Assembly: GCA_963851165.1 (NCBI GenBank)
Contig: CAWKNM010000001.1
Span: 234,443 to 298,442 of the forward strand
From: an uncultured Acidobacteriaceae bacterium
Lineage (GTDB): Bacteria > Acidobacteriota > Terriglobia > Terriglobales > Acidobacteriaceae
Direction of reading: 5' to 3'
Length of the DNA stretch: 64,000 nt
Part shown: positions 36,342 to 47,707 of the stretch, one piece after another
Layout of the letters: each line of letters starts with the position of its first letter
Position numbering within the stretch: the stretch's first letter is position 1
Notes under the pieces: model-generated
Told to the model about the DNA's origin: nothing
Database searches by the model: none
What the model saw: only the letters and a program-made list of their open reading frames with translations
Position numbers and translations under genes: made by a program

Positions 36342-38672
<2,331 letters not shown>

Positions 38673-38686
38673 TTAGTTTTTGGCAA

Positions 38687-39112
38687 TTATTTTCTAGCGC
38701 AGCGGCGGCAGAGGCCAAAGACCTCGACCAGCGGCTGCGTCAGATCAAAGCCGTCCGGCGCGTGCCGGGATAGCCGTTTGAAATCGACGAACTCTCCTTC
38801 GATATCCTGCACCGATTTGCAGCGCAAGCACACCAGGTGATGATGAGGTTTGAGATTGCCGTCCACGCGCAACGTGGTCGCATGAGGAGTGACCTCCCGC
38901 AGCAAGCCAGACTCGATGAACAGCCGCAGATTGTTATAGACCGTGGCTAGAGAAACGGATGGAATGCGACGCCGGACGGAGGTGTAAATATCCTCCGGGG
39001 AATAATGTCCGTGGGAAGCGACGACGGCCTCATACACCACCTGACGCTGGTGCGTGACCGCCAAGCCGTGCTTCGCGGCCAGCTGACGGAACTGTTCATG
39101 GGCGAGACGCAT
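38687..39112 (-). CDS. Fur family transcriptional regulator (PerR-like by context)
   Basis: 141 aa; HHHLVCLRCKSVQD and CRRC zinc-site motifs. Immediately upstream of katG on the same strand. Confidence 0.85.
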   Translation of the reverse strand: MRLAHEQFRQLAAKHGLAVTHQRQVVYEAVVASHGHYSPEDIYTSVRRRIPSVSLATVYNNLRLFIESGLLREVTPHATTLRVDGNLKPHHHLVCLRCKSVQDIEGEFVDFKRLSRHAPDGFDLTQPLVEVFGLCRRCARK

Positions 39113-39136
39113 GATTATCGGATGAGAATGATTATA
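39111..39136 (-). promoter_or_regulatory. putative -10 element plus Fur/PerR-type operator overlapping the regulator's own start
   Basis: Minus strand reads ttTATAATCATtctcatccgATAATCATG. It has a perfect TATAAT 18 nt before the ATG and no SD. Direct ATAATCAT repeats resemble Fur-box half sites. A third TAATCATT lies at 38637-38645 ahead of katG. Confidence 0.45.
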
Positions 39137-39264
39137 AAACGACCGAAAGCAGTGTCAACCGAAATCTTTCTTGCAGCATCGGAAGAGGGCGCGCGCAAGA
39201 CCGGACTGAAACTCAGCTGCCGCGAACCGGCATCGGGAGTTGCTAACGACCTAGTTTGCGGGTC

Positions 39265-39945
39265 TTAGTTTGCAGGGCCAGCAAACAGCAGCAAGTTTCC
39301 ATCCGGATCCTTGACGACAAAATTCCTGGCGCCCCAAGGCTGCTTTTTCAGCGTCTGGTGAAAGGCAACACCAGCGGACTGAAACTCAAGAAACAGCAGC
39401 TTGATCTCGTCCGCTGTGGCGACGGACATCGATACCGACAACAGTTCCTCCCGATCGCGGATCGTCGACTCGATCGCTGGTCGCTCGACGCACCTTAGAT
39501 TAAGACGCGCCGCATCGCGGCCCACCTGTGCGTAGTAGGGCGGCTTGCCGTAACTGAATACAAGCGAAAAGCCTAAGCTCTCACGGAAAAATTCGCAGGA
39601 TCTCCGGATATCGGTGACGAACAGTTGCGGCTCTGCGCTGACAATCGTTGCTTTCGATGGCGCTGATTTCACCTTGGGCGACGTTGTCGAAAGTCTGGTT
39701 TTCATGCCTTGCCAACTATCGAAGCCTTGCTGTCTTGCGACCATTTCCTGCGCATCGCTGAGCTTAAAGCTCGCCGCAAGAATCTCGGAGTCGCCTACAT
39801 TCAGGAAACGAGGCAAGTGCTCGCGGATTTGTGCGGCGACGGGATAGTGGCGTTCGCGATGCCACCGCAATATTTGCTTGGCCTGCTTTTTGAGGTTTTC
39901 CAGATTGGGCATGTAAGCCTCCACGATGGGATCGTAGGTGGGCAT
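39265..39945 (-). CDS. VOC (glyoxalase/bleomycin-resistance) family protein with N-terminal helical extension
   Basis: C-terminal half LFVTDIRRSCEFFRESLGF...PWGARNFVVKDPDGNLLLFAG is typical of the VOC fold. Confidence 0.7.
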   Translation of the reverse strand: MPTYDPIVEAYMPNLENLKKQAKQILRWHRERHYPVAAQIREHLPRFLNVGDSEILAASFKLSDAQEMVARQQGFDSWQGMKTRLSTTSPKVKSAPSKATIVSAEPQLFVTDIRRSCEFFRESLGFSLVFSYGKPPYYAQVGRDAARLNLRCVERPAIESTIRDREELLSVSMSVATADEIKLLFLEFQSAGVAFHQTLKKQPWGARNFVVKDPDGNLLLFAGPAN

Positions 39946-40112
39946 GGCCCTTCGGCGACGTGCCGTTGCATCCTACATGCGCAGAGTGCAGTATCTGCGA
40001 CGGTGTCGGCAGTTGTCAATTGAGAACGAGGCCGCTACTAGAGGTTGGGCCGCGCTTACACATTTTGTCGCGCCACAGGCGTGAGCGCGCACCGCTATAA
40101 TTGCAGTCCAAT

Positions 40113-41036
40113 ATGACTGTACGCATAGAGCAGGACGTCTTTCACGAGCCGTGGCCGCCGCTTTCGTATCCCGACTTCGCGGCCACCCAGCACCTTCTGC
40201 ACATGGGTTTACAGGCAGTGGGCAAATTGAAGCTGGTAGAGCCGTTTGAACCGCAGTGGGCGGAGGTACCGCTCTTGCTTTGCAGCCGGGGGTTAACAAC
40301 CGGACCAATCCACTATTCCGGGGGCGCCTATGAAGTTACGGTTGATCTGATCTCTCACCAAGTGGGCTGCGCGACCAGTTGGGGATTTTCGGGTGGTTAC
40401 GACTTGGCGTCTATGTCCGTCGCCGAATTCGTAAAGGAACTGTTTGACATCCTCGGCAAAGGCGGTATCAAACCTTCCATCAACTTGAAGCCGCAGGAGG
40501 TGCCCAACGCGATCCCATTTGACAAGGACACACTGCGTCGTCCCTACGACCCGATACTCGTTAACGCCTGGTGGCGAATCCTGCTGAGCACGCAACGCGT
40601 GATGCGCGTTTTCCACGGGCGCTTCAAGGGCAAGACACAGCCCATTGGCCTGATGTGGGGAACGCTTGACATCCGCGATGTGCGCTACAGCGGCAAGTCC
40701 GTTTCACCCGGAGAGAAAGCCGACTACATCCGACGCAACGCCATGAACGAAGAGCTCGTTGAGGTAGGTTGGTGGGCGGGCAGCGCAGCTTATCCAAAAC
40801 CAGCGTTCTACTCCTTCACCTACCCGCAGCCCAGGGGAATCGAAGATGCAAAGATCACCCCGGCCAGTTCGCGATGGGAGGCGGCCATGGGTGAGTTCCT
40901 CCTGGACTACGACGATGTGCGCAAATCGAAAGACGCTGACGGCGATCTACTGTCGTTTTTCGAGTCAACCTATCACGCTGGGGCTGAGAGGGCAGGCTGG
41001 GACCCCCATCTCGTTGGCAGCGGCACACCTGAGTAG
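40113..41036 (+). CDS. DUF5996 family protein
   Basis: WPPLSY...TQHLLHMGLQAVGKLKL, GLTTGPIHY, IPFDKDTLRRPYDP, WWRILLSTQRVMRVFHGRFKGK, LLSFFESTYHAGAERAGWD match my recollection of this family. Confidence 0.7.
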   Translation: MTVRIEQDVFHEPWPPLSYPDFAATQHLLHMGLQAVGKLKLVEPFEPQWAEVPLLLCSRGLTTGPIHYSGGAYEVTVDLISHQVGCATSWGFSGGYDLASMSVAEFVKELFDILGKGGIKPSINLKPQEVPNAIPFDKDTLRRPYDPILVNAWWRILLSTQRVMRVFHGRFKGKTQPIGLMWGTLDIRDVRYSGKSVSPGEKADYIRRNAMNEELVEVGWWAGSAAYPKPAFYSFTYPQPRGIEDAKITPASSRWEAAMGEFLLDYDDVRKSKDADGDLLSFFESTYHAGAERAGWDPHLVGSGTPE

Positions 41037-41110
41037 GCGCGGCACGACGCAAGAGATTTCTCCGAGAACAATTTGCAAGAACGAGCCGCGGATAAATGTT
41101 TGCGCGGCCG

Positions 41111-42352
41111 TCAGATCCTTAAGAAAATCTTGCGGCGGTACATCCAGAACAGGATGAGCCAAAAGACCAAGAGCACAGCAAAACCTTGAACAACCGGCTG
41201 GAAGGTCGGTCCTGATAGAGCCGAGAGCGCCCATCCAAAGTGACGTTCGAGGGCACCGCGGACGAAGGGCTCCATGGTCCAACTCATCACGTAAACGGCA
41301 ATCGAGTTCATGCCGATCACTACGAGCGGAAATGCCCAGCGCTGCCAGCCTTTAATTTCCACCAGGGCGTAGAAGCCGGCCAGTATCAGGATGACCAGGC
41401 CTCCGCTATACAGGGTGTAGGACGATGTCCAGACCCTTTTCACGATCGGGCAAATTCCGGCCCACTGACAGATCAGGCCGAGCAGCACCAGGCCGCTGCC
41501 GGCGATGATCAGTCCGCGCAATTTCTGTTCCTTCGAGCCTTTGGCCTTGAGGAATTCTCCCGTCAGCAGACCCATGATCATGGTGCCGAGCGTTGGAATG
41601 AAACTTAGCGTGGACCAACCGCCTTCGTTGAAGACAAAGGGATGCTCGCGCGGAAAGAGGTTCAGGAACCAGACGTCGAATGCCCACGAAAGATTGGAAT
41701 TCTTGTTCCAGTGAGAAAGAAATCCGGTGTAGTTGTGGGTCCAGTCTGCTGGAACTCCCACTCTGGCGTAGTCAAACCCCGGACCCGGCGCGGGATAGAG
41801 CGCGAACGCGACCCAGAAAAAGATCAGGATCAGGACCAGCGTCACCACCTGGGTTCGCACGCGCGCGAATCCCAGCAGGAACAGGAATACGTATCCCAAA
41901 CCAATCTGGGTGAGCGTGTCTTCAAAGGTCCAGTAGGTCTGATGCGACAACAGGGACCGGAGAAAGATTCCCAGAAAGATCAGAATGAAAGCACGCCGGA
42001 TGGCATGCCCCAGCATGGGACCGAAGGTTTGGCCCTTCAATTTTCGGCTGGCGATCGAAAACGGCAGCGCCGCGCCTACCAGAAAAGAAAAGGCGGGCTG
42101 GATCAGGTCATGCAGCGAGCAGCCCTGCCAGTCAACGTGATCGGTATTAAAGCCGATGACCCTCCAGAACAAATTGTGCGGGAAGTTGCTCGCCACCGCG
42201 TGCAGATGCATGGCTTCCGCGAGCATCAGGAACATGACAGTTCCGCGGAGCACATCCAGCGAAACCACGCGGGTCGCGGCTTCCGGCTTGCGGGCAGGCG
42301 CCGTTATGGGCAGCTCTAAAGCGGGACTTTCCACCTGCGGGCTTTCGATCAT
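41111..42352 (-). CDS. HGSNAT-like membrane acyltransferase (DUF1624/DUF5009)
   Basis: RVVSLDVLRGTVMFLMLAE near the N-terminus, about 10 predicted TM helices, 413 aa. Confidence 0.7.
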   Translation of the reverse strand: MIESPQVESPALELPITAPARKPEAATRVVSLDVLRGTVMFLMLAEAMHLHAVASNFPHNLFWRVIGFNTDHVDWQGCSLHDLIQPAFSFLVGAALPFSIASRKLKGQTFGPMLGHAIRRAFILIFLGIFLRSLLSHQTYWTFEDTLTQIGLGYVFLFLLGFARVRTQVVTLVLILIFFWVAFALYPAPGPGFDYARVGVPADWTHNYTGFLSHWNKNSNLSWAFDVWFLNLFPREHPFVFNEGGWSTLSFIPTLGTMIMGLLTGEFLKAKGSKEQKLRGLIIAGSGLVLLGLICQWAGICPIVKRVWTSSYTLYSGGLVILILAGFYALVEIKGWQRWAFPLVVIGMNSIAVYVMSWTMEPFVRGALERHFGWALSALSGPTFQPVVQGFAVLLVFWLILFWMYRRKIFLRI

Positions 42353-42416
42353 AAAGGGCTCCTATGACCAACTCAGCTGACTTACTCAGATGACCCACTC
42401 AGCGAAGAATAGACCT

Positions 42417-43856
42417 TTAAGTCTGAACTGCAAAACCGGGAACGTCCGCATTGGCGTTCCACTTCCCGCGGGTGAAGTCGGGAAATTTTTGCGGAGCGCC
42501 GTTCTGCGCTACCGATGCTTCACTCAATGGAACCGGCGCGCTCCATGCGGCGGCATCGTAGCAATTGATGTCGGGCACCAGGCCTTTTTTCAGGCAATCC
42601 ATCAGCCGGTAATTCATGACGTAATCCATTCCGCCGTGGCCGCCCATCTTACGCGCCATTTCTCCCGTTGTCTTCCAGAGCGGGTGCTCGTACTTGTCGC
42701 GAAAGGCGTCGATGTTCTGCCAGTCCTCGTGGCCGGAACCATCGGCCTGTTTTGCGCCATCGATAAAGACGCGCGGCGGATAGTCGGCGAAGATTCCCTT
42801 CGTCCCGGAGATCGTGTTGAGGCGGCTGTAAGGCCGTGGGTTCACCACGTCATGCTGCAGAAGAATGGTGCGACCTTTCGCAGTTTTTATGATGCTGGTA
42901 TTCATGTCGCCGCAGATGTACTTCTCGGCGCGCTTTGGATCTCCCTCAGGGAAGTTCGCTTTCACATAGGCGCTCAGCGAGGCCTCGGGCGAACTCACCG
43001 AAACCATATAGTCGAACCGGTCGCCGCGGTGGATGTCCATGTAATGGGCCACCGGGCCGAGGCCGTGCGTTGGATAAAGATTGCCATTGAGTTTCATGTG
43101 GGGAAAGCGGCGCCACAGGCCCTCGCCTTCACTGGAGGTCAAAATCGTGCGCAGGTCGTGGAGGTAAGCCGCTTCTCCGTGGGTGATTTCGCCGAAGACT
43201 CCATCCCGCACCATGCCGAGAACCATCATCTCGTTCGAGCCATAGCAGCAGTTCTCGAGAATCACGCAATGCTTGCGCGTAGCTTCGGAAGTATCGACGA
43301 TTTCCCAGCACTCCTGCAGTGTGGTGCAGGCGGGCACTTCGACGGCGGCATGCTTACCATTCTTCATGGCGGCGACCGCCATCGGAACGTGCCAGTTCCA
43401 CGGGGTCGCAATATAAACAATGTCGAGATCGAGTTCCGTCAGATTCTTGAAATCCAGTTCGCCTTTGCTGAATCCGGCGGGCTCTGGCTGGCCTGCCTTA
43501 GTCACTGCCTGCTGCGCACGCGCCACTTTTTCCGGCACCAGATCGCAGATCGCCTTGACCTCAACCTTGTCGATTGCTAGCAGATCCTCCAACAGGTTGG
43601 TGCCGCGTCCGCCGACCCCGATGATTCCCAGCCGCACGCGTTCTCGCGCTTCGAACGGGACGCCGATCATCGTCATTGCAGCGTTCGCACTCTTGTTTGC
43701 GCCCTCGGGCGTGCTGGCGGAGAGTTCGGAGGAGCGTTCAGAGGAAAGCTCAGAACCCAGAACGTCCTTGGCAATCAGAAATCCCGCGCTGCCCATCGCA
43801 GTGCGCTGGATGAAACTTCGTCTTGAAACATCTTTCAATTCTTTGTCCCGTGGCAT
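42417..43856 (-). CDS. Tat-exported Gfo/Idh/MocA family oxidoreductase (GH109-like)
   Basis: Twin-arginine signal SRRSFIQRTAMGSAGFLIA, Rossmann motif RLGIIGVGGRG. Start at ATG 43856 preceded by aggag. Confidence 0.8.
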   Translation of the reverse strand: MPRDKELKDVSRRSFIQRTAMGSAGFLIAKDVLGSELSSERSSELSASTPEGANKSANAAMTMIGVPFEARERVRLGIIGVGGRGTNLLEDLLAIDKVEVKAICDLVPEKVARAQQAVTKAGQPEPAGFSKGELDFKNLTELDLDIVYIATPWNWHVPMAVAAMKNGKHAAVEVPACTTLQECWEIVDTSEATRKHCVILENCCYGSNEMMVLGMVRDGVFGEITHGEAAYLHDLRTILTSSEGEGLWRRFPHMKLNGNLYPTHGLGPVAHYMDIHRGDRFDYMVSVSSPEASLSAYVKANFPEGDPKRAEKYICGDMNTSIIKTAKGRTILLQHDVVNPRPYSRLNTISGTKGIFADYPPRVFIDGAKQADGSGHEDWQNIDAFRDKYEHPLWKTTGEMARKMGGHGGMDYVMNYRLMDCLKKGLVPDINCYDAAAWSAPVPLSEASVAQNGAPQKFPDFTRGKWNANADVPGFAVQT

Positions 43857-43996
43857 GTCGTGGTCTCCTGGTTGACGAGGGTTCGACTTGCAAGTGTACT
43901 CGAATCCGCATTCGTCCCAAACGGTGCGCGCAGCGTGGAATAGAAGGAATGGTAATTCCCCGTTGCCCCGCGCGATTTCCGGGGCGGCAACAGTAG

Positions 43997-44025
43997 TTGA
44001 CATATCGCTCGGACTCCGATATATC
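43997..44025 (+). promoter_or_regulatory. candidate sigma70 promoter with embedded inverted repeat (operator) for the padR module
   Basis: TTGACA(43997-44002)-N17-TATATC(44020-25). ATATCG-N9-CGATAT palindrome at 44002-44022. The ATG is only 11 nt after the -10 and there is no SD. Confidence 0.4.
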
Positions 44026-44036
44026 TGTTTCCGACT

Positions 44037-44390
44037 ATGGACGAACGATCAGATTCGGATTTGCCGTTGTCCTCGGCGGCTTTGCACATCCTTCTCGCTC
44101 TAGCCGGGGAAGACCTTCATGGCTACGGCATCATGCAGGAAATCGCAAGGCAATCGGAGGGAATATACAAACTCGGTCCCGGCACGTTGTACGACAATTT
44201 GCGGAAGCTCATTCAGGACGGATGGGTTCAGGAATTGGGGCAACGCCGAGGAGATGATGATCCTCGCAGGCGCTATTACCGACTCACTGATGCTGGACGA
44301 AATGTCCTCATAGCTGAGACTGCCCGCCTCACGCAGGTTGTCCGCGAAGCACGCTTGCGACTGCGAATGCCAAGTCCTAGGAGAGTTTGA
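44037..44390 (+). CDS. PadR family transcriptional regulator
   Basis: LHILLALAGEDLHGYGIMQEIARQSEGIYKLGPGTLYDNLRKL...RRYYRLTDAG is a winged-helix PadR signature. Confidence 0.88.
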   Translation: MDERSDSDLPLSSAALHILLALAGEDLHGYGIMQEIARQSEGIYKLGPGTLYDNLRKLIQDGWVQELGQRRGDDDPRRRYYRLTDAGRNVLIAETARLTQVVREARLRLRMPSPRRV

Positions 44391-45100
44391 TGCTTAGGCA
44401 CCTATATCGTTGTGCCGTGCGATTACATCCTTCCAGCTTTCGCCGACGTTTCGGAGACGAGATGCTGTACATCTTCGATCAGCAAAAGGGAACGCTGGCC
44501 GCAGTAGGTGTAACGCTGGACTGTGTCTTTTCGCTGTTGAGGCAATGGACATTGCGACCACAGACCGGCATTGAGCTATCCGTTGCACCTCTGCCAGGTC
44601 CAACAGCGGACCATATTCCTTCATTCGAGACACTCGATCCGTTCCGGCCTCGCGCATCAGCGATGATCAAGGGCGCTGTCATCTCGCTGGTTCTGTTTTG
44701 CATGACCGTCATCGCAATCCGTTATAGCTGGAGTCACGTCCTGAATCTGCATATTAGAGAAATAGGCACGGATTACCAAGAAGTTCGTCCACAGGACCAG
44801 CAAGTTCGTCCACAGGCACGCCCAAGCCGTTCAGGGGCTTGGCTTCAACTTGATGCGTATGTCGGCGAATACATCTCCAGCCACCCACAGGCGAAGATTT
44901 CGATCCGGATTGAAGGCGATCATCTAGCGCTGGCTTACGCAGGACACCCGAGCCTTGTCCTCTCGCCCGTATCCCCAAAGAGGTTCATTGTCGACGGAGT
45001 CGCTAATAACTACGCTGACTTTACCCCTGTCGATCAGGGCAGAATTTGCTGCTTGACCGTGGTTATAAACGGCAACGTCATCAACGCTCAACGCGAGTAG
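44387..45100 (+). CDS. single-pass membrane protein translationally coupled to PadR
   Basis: ATGA overlap with padR. N-terminal LYRCAVRLHPSSFRRRFGDEM motif, TM helix GAVISLVLFCMTVIAI. The C-terminal DAYVGEYIS...IRIEGDHLAL...LSPVSPKRF module resembles the small beta-domain often appended to serine hydrolases. Confidence 0.6.
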   Translation: MMLRHLYRCAVRLHPSSFRRRFGDEMLYIFDQQKGTLAAVGVTLDCVFSLLRQWTLRPQTGIELSVAPLPGPTADHIPSFETLDPFRPRASAMIKGAVISLVLFCMTVIAIRYSWSHVLNLHIREIGTDYQEVRPQDQQVRPQARPSRSGAWLQLDAYVGEYISSHPQAKISIRIEGDHLALAYAGHPSLVLSPVSPKRFIVDGVANNYADFTPVDQGRICCLTVVINGNVINAQRE

Positions 45101-45128
45101 ACAATGCTCGACTCCGCTTACCTGCGAT

Positions 45129-47648
45129 TTATGCCCCGGAAACGACTGTCAGGGTTACTGCCGTTGGAGTGTAGTTGACCTCGAAGTGCTCACCGGAATT
45201 GATAGTTGATCCGTTGACCTTGGTGAATTGACCGGTTATGGCGCTGCCGGTGAGGATCGTGAATGTATCGCCGATCGTCGGCACAAAGCTATTGATCAGC
45301 TTGATCGTGAGCGTACCATCCAGGCTTGCTCCGTTTGAGACTGGCATCTGGCTGTATTGCGAGCCGACTGTGGTGCCTCCGATGGCGACATCGAGAACTC
45401 CCGAGGCCTGCTGCGAGTAGCTTCCCGTGACGGTGAGCACGCCAGCTTTGGTGGTCGCGTCGCCCACAACAAGCGTGCCACCAGAAGTGACGGCAGCCGC
45501 GAGCGTGCCTTTGCCTTCAAGCGTGCCCTTTTGCAGATTGACGCCGGTTGGCGCGGTCAGCGTGCCGTCTACCACGGTCGTTCCGGCGGTCTGGGTATAG
45601 CTGCCACCGACGGTAAAAGTGCTTCCCGCACCGACCGTGGATTTGCCGGCATTGCTGAAGCTCGTAGACGTGGTAAGGGCCTGTCCGCTCTGCAGGGACA
45701 AGCACTCCTTTGGTGGTGTTCGCGCCGAGACGGGAGAGCGCGTTCGTCGCCGGCGGAGGTATTCAGAATCTCGCCATGCAGCGCCGGTCAACGTGATGCT
45801 TGCGGCATTGGTGGCGATGGCGCCGCCAATCTCTAGAATGCCGGTCACATCGTAAGTACCGGCAGTCAGCGTGCCGCCGGAAAGATTATTAAACGGATTG
45901 GTGGCACTGCTGTTGATGATCAGCACGCTGCCTTTGCTTACATTCAGCTTGCCGTTGTTGGTGAACCCCCCGGAGTTCGGCTGAATCGTCAGCGGAGTAC
46001 TTTTATTGGCGAGGATCGTCCCATCGTTCGTGATGGGCATGGGATTCGAATCCCCGATGGTGCCTGCGCCTTCAATGGTGCTCTCGTTGGTCAGCGAATT
46101 ACCCGAGCCGTAAATGCAATTGCCCGACGCCATAATGACCTTCCCGGAGCCCGTCAAGATCGTGGGCTCAGCCAGAATTATGCAACCGTGCCCGCTGAGA
46201 GTGATGGTTCCGGTGTTATTGATAGTGCCCTGCAAGGTAAGGTCTTGCCCATTCGGAACGGTAAGCTTTCCGGCGTTCGTGGGAATGTTCACGGTTCCAT
46301 CGAGCACACCATCCTGACTTTCGATGACGCCAGTTCCGCTGGTTGTTAACGTGCCGCCGTTCACGGAGCCGTTGAATCCACTGGTCAAAACAACGGTAGA
46401 GCCACTGAGCGCTTCGATGGTTCCACCGCTGTTGTTGACCACAGTTTCAAGCTCGAGCGTGCCGCCGCCGCTCGCTTCCAGAGTGCCGGTATTTGTGGTT
46501 GCGCCGCCGGCCAGGGTCAGCGTGTTTGCACTGCTGTCAGCCGCGATCATTGCCTGGTTGGTCACCGGAAGCTCGTAGATGGTGCCGGTTCCGTGGATCT
46601 GTTGCTGATTGGTGAGCGATCCACCGGCGCTGTTCTGGTTAAGTTGGCTGGTGCCACTCATAATCAGCGATCCTGATCCAGTGAGGGTTACATTCCCGAT
46701 CATGCTCAGCGTTCCGGATACCAATTGAAGCGTGCCGGTGTTGGTAACTGTGTTTTGGAGATCGCCTAAGTTACTTGAAATCTGCACCAGACCGCTGTTG
46801 GCAAGGCCGTTCAACACGGTGCCACCGGTGAGTTGAATCACCCCACTCCCCGTCGTGGTGAGCGTTCCGCCGGTGTAGATTTCGCCCTGCAGCTGAATGG
46901 TACCGCCGTCGAGAGCTTTGATGGTGCCGCCGGTGTTGTTGAACGGGCCTAAGAAGCCATAGACAACGTCAAGGGTGGCGCCGCTGCTTGCCTCAAAGGT
47001 GCCGGTATTGATGATGCCGGCGCTTGAGGGTTGCACCGTGAGCGTGCCGCCAACGGCGTTGATCGTGCCCTGGTTCTGGATCGAAAACCCCTCTTTTCCG
47101 AGACTACCTTGCCCCATAATAAGTTGTTGGTTGATCAGGGTGGGATGTGATCCGGCAGTCCCGTCGAAATTGGAGAGCGAAGAGTTCATGTTCACCGTGC
47201 CACCGCCGCTCAGCGTCACGATCGCGCCCTGGCCGATCAAGGCGAGACCGTTTCCGTTCGTGATGGTGATGACGCCGTTGTTGGCGATGCTGTTGCCGGT
47301 TATGAACACGTAGCCGCCGACGATGTCTACGCTGCCGCCCGAGCCAAGCGTGAGATTAACGATGGTGTCGCCGTCTTGGCCACTCAGCGTCACGGGCCCG
47401 CCTTGAATCACGGCGTTGTAATTGCCGTCAGGATATTGCGGCGGGTTCAGGCTGCAGGTATCCCATAACGCGTTCCCGCCGGCGTTGGGGCAAGGCGCCC
47501 ACTCGCCGCTTCCAAGGGTCCATGTGGAGGTGGTTTGTGCCAGCGCGGAGGTGCACACGCCACAGGCCAGAACTGAAATTGCGAGCAACTCCAGGAACAG
47601 CGCGCGGACGGTTCTGGAGTAACTGTTGAACGAGAGCGGTGAAGTCAT
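45129..47648 (-). CDS. secreted beta-helical repeat protein (autotransporter-associated beta-strand repeat type, no barrel domain)
   Basis: Signal peptide LELLAISVLACGVCTSALAQ; dozens of G-T/S-L/I-x repeats (GGTLTV, GTLEASGGGTLELE, GTITLSG...). ATG 47648 is preceded by aggagg. Confidence 0.75.
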   Translation of the reverse strand: MTSPLSFNSYSRTVRALFLELLAISVLACGVCTSALAQTTSTWTLGSGEWAPCPNAGGNALWDTCSLNPPQYPDGNYNAVIQGGPVTLSGQDGDTIVNLTLGSGGSVDIVGGYVFITGNSIANNGVITITNGNGLALIGQGAIVTLSGGGTVNMNSSLSNFDGTAGSHPTLINQQLIMGQGSLGKEGFSIQNQGTINAVGGTLTVQPSSAGIINTGTFEASSGATLDVVYGFLGPFNNTGGTIKALDGGTIQLQGEIYTGGTLTTTGSGVIQLTGGTVLNGLANSGLVQISSNLGDLQNTVTNTGTLQLVSGTLSMIGNVTLTGSGSLIMSGTSQLNQNSAGGSLTNQQQIHGTGTIYELPVTNQAMIAADSSANTLTLAGGATTNTGTLEASGGGTLELETVVNNSGGTIEALSGSTVVLTSGFNGSVNGGTLTTSGTGVIESQDGVLDGTVNIPTNAGKLTVPNGQDLTLQGTINNTGTITLSGHGCIILAEPTILTGSGKVIMASGNCIYGSGNSLTNESTIEGAGTIGDSNPMPITNDGTILANKSTPLTIQPNSGGFTNNGKLNVSKGSVLIINSSATNPFNNLSGGTLTAGTYDVTGILEIGGAIATNAASITLTGAAWRDSEYLRRRRTRSPVSARTPPKECLSLQSGQALTTSTSFSNAGKSTVGAGSTFTVGGSYTQTAGTTVVDGTLTAPTGVNLQKGTLEGKGTLAAAVTSGGTLVVGDATTKAGVLTVTGSYSQQASGVLDVAIGGTTVGSQYSQMPVSNGASLDGTLTIKLINSFVPTIGDTFTILTGSAITGQFTKVNGSTINSGEHFEVNYTPTAVTLTVVSGA

Positions 47649-47707
47649 AACCCCTCCTGAAATTGAGCAAACGTTTCTTACACGAACACCAGGCATGCAA
47701 ATGCGGT

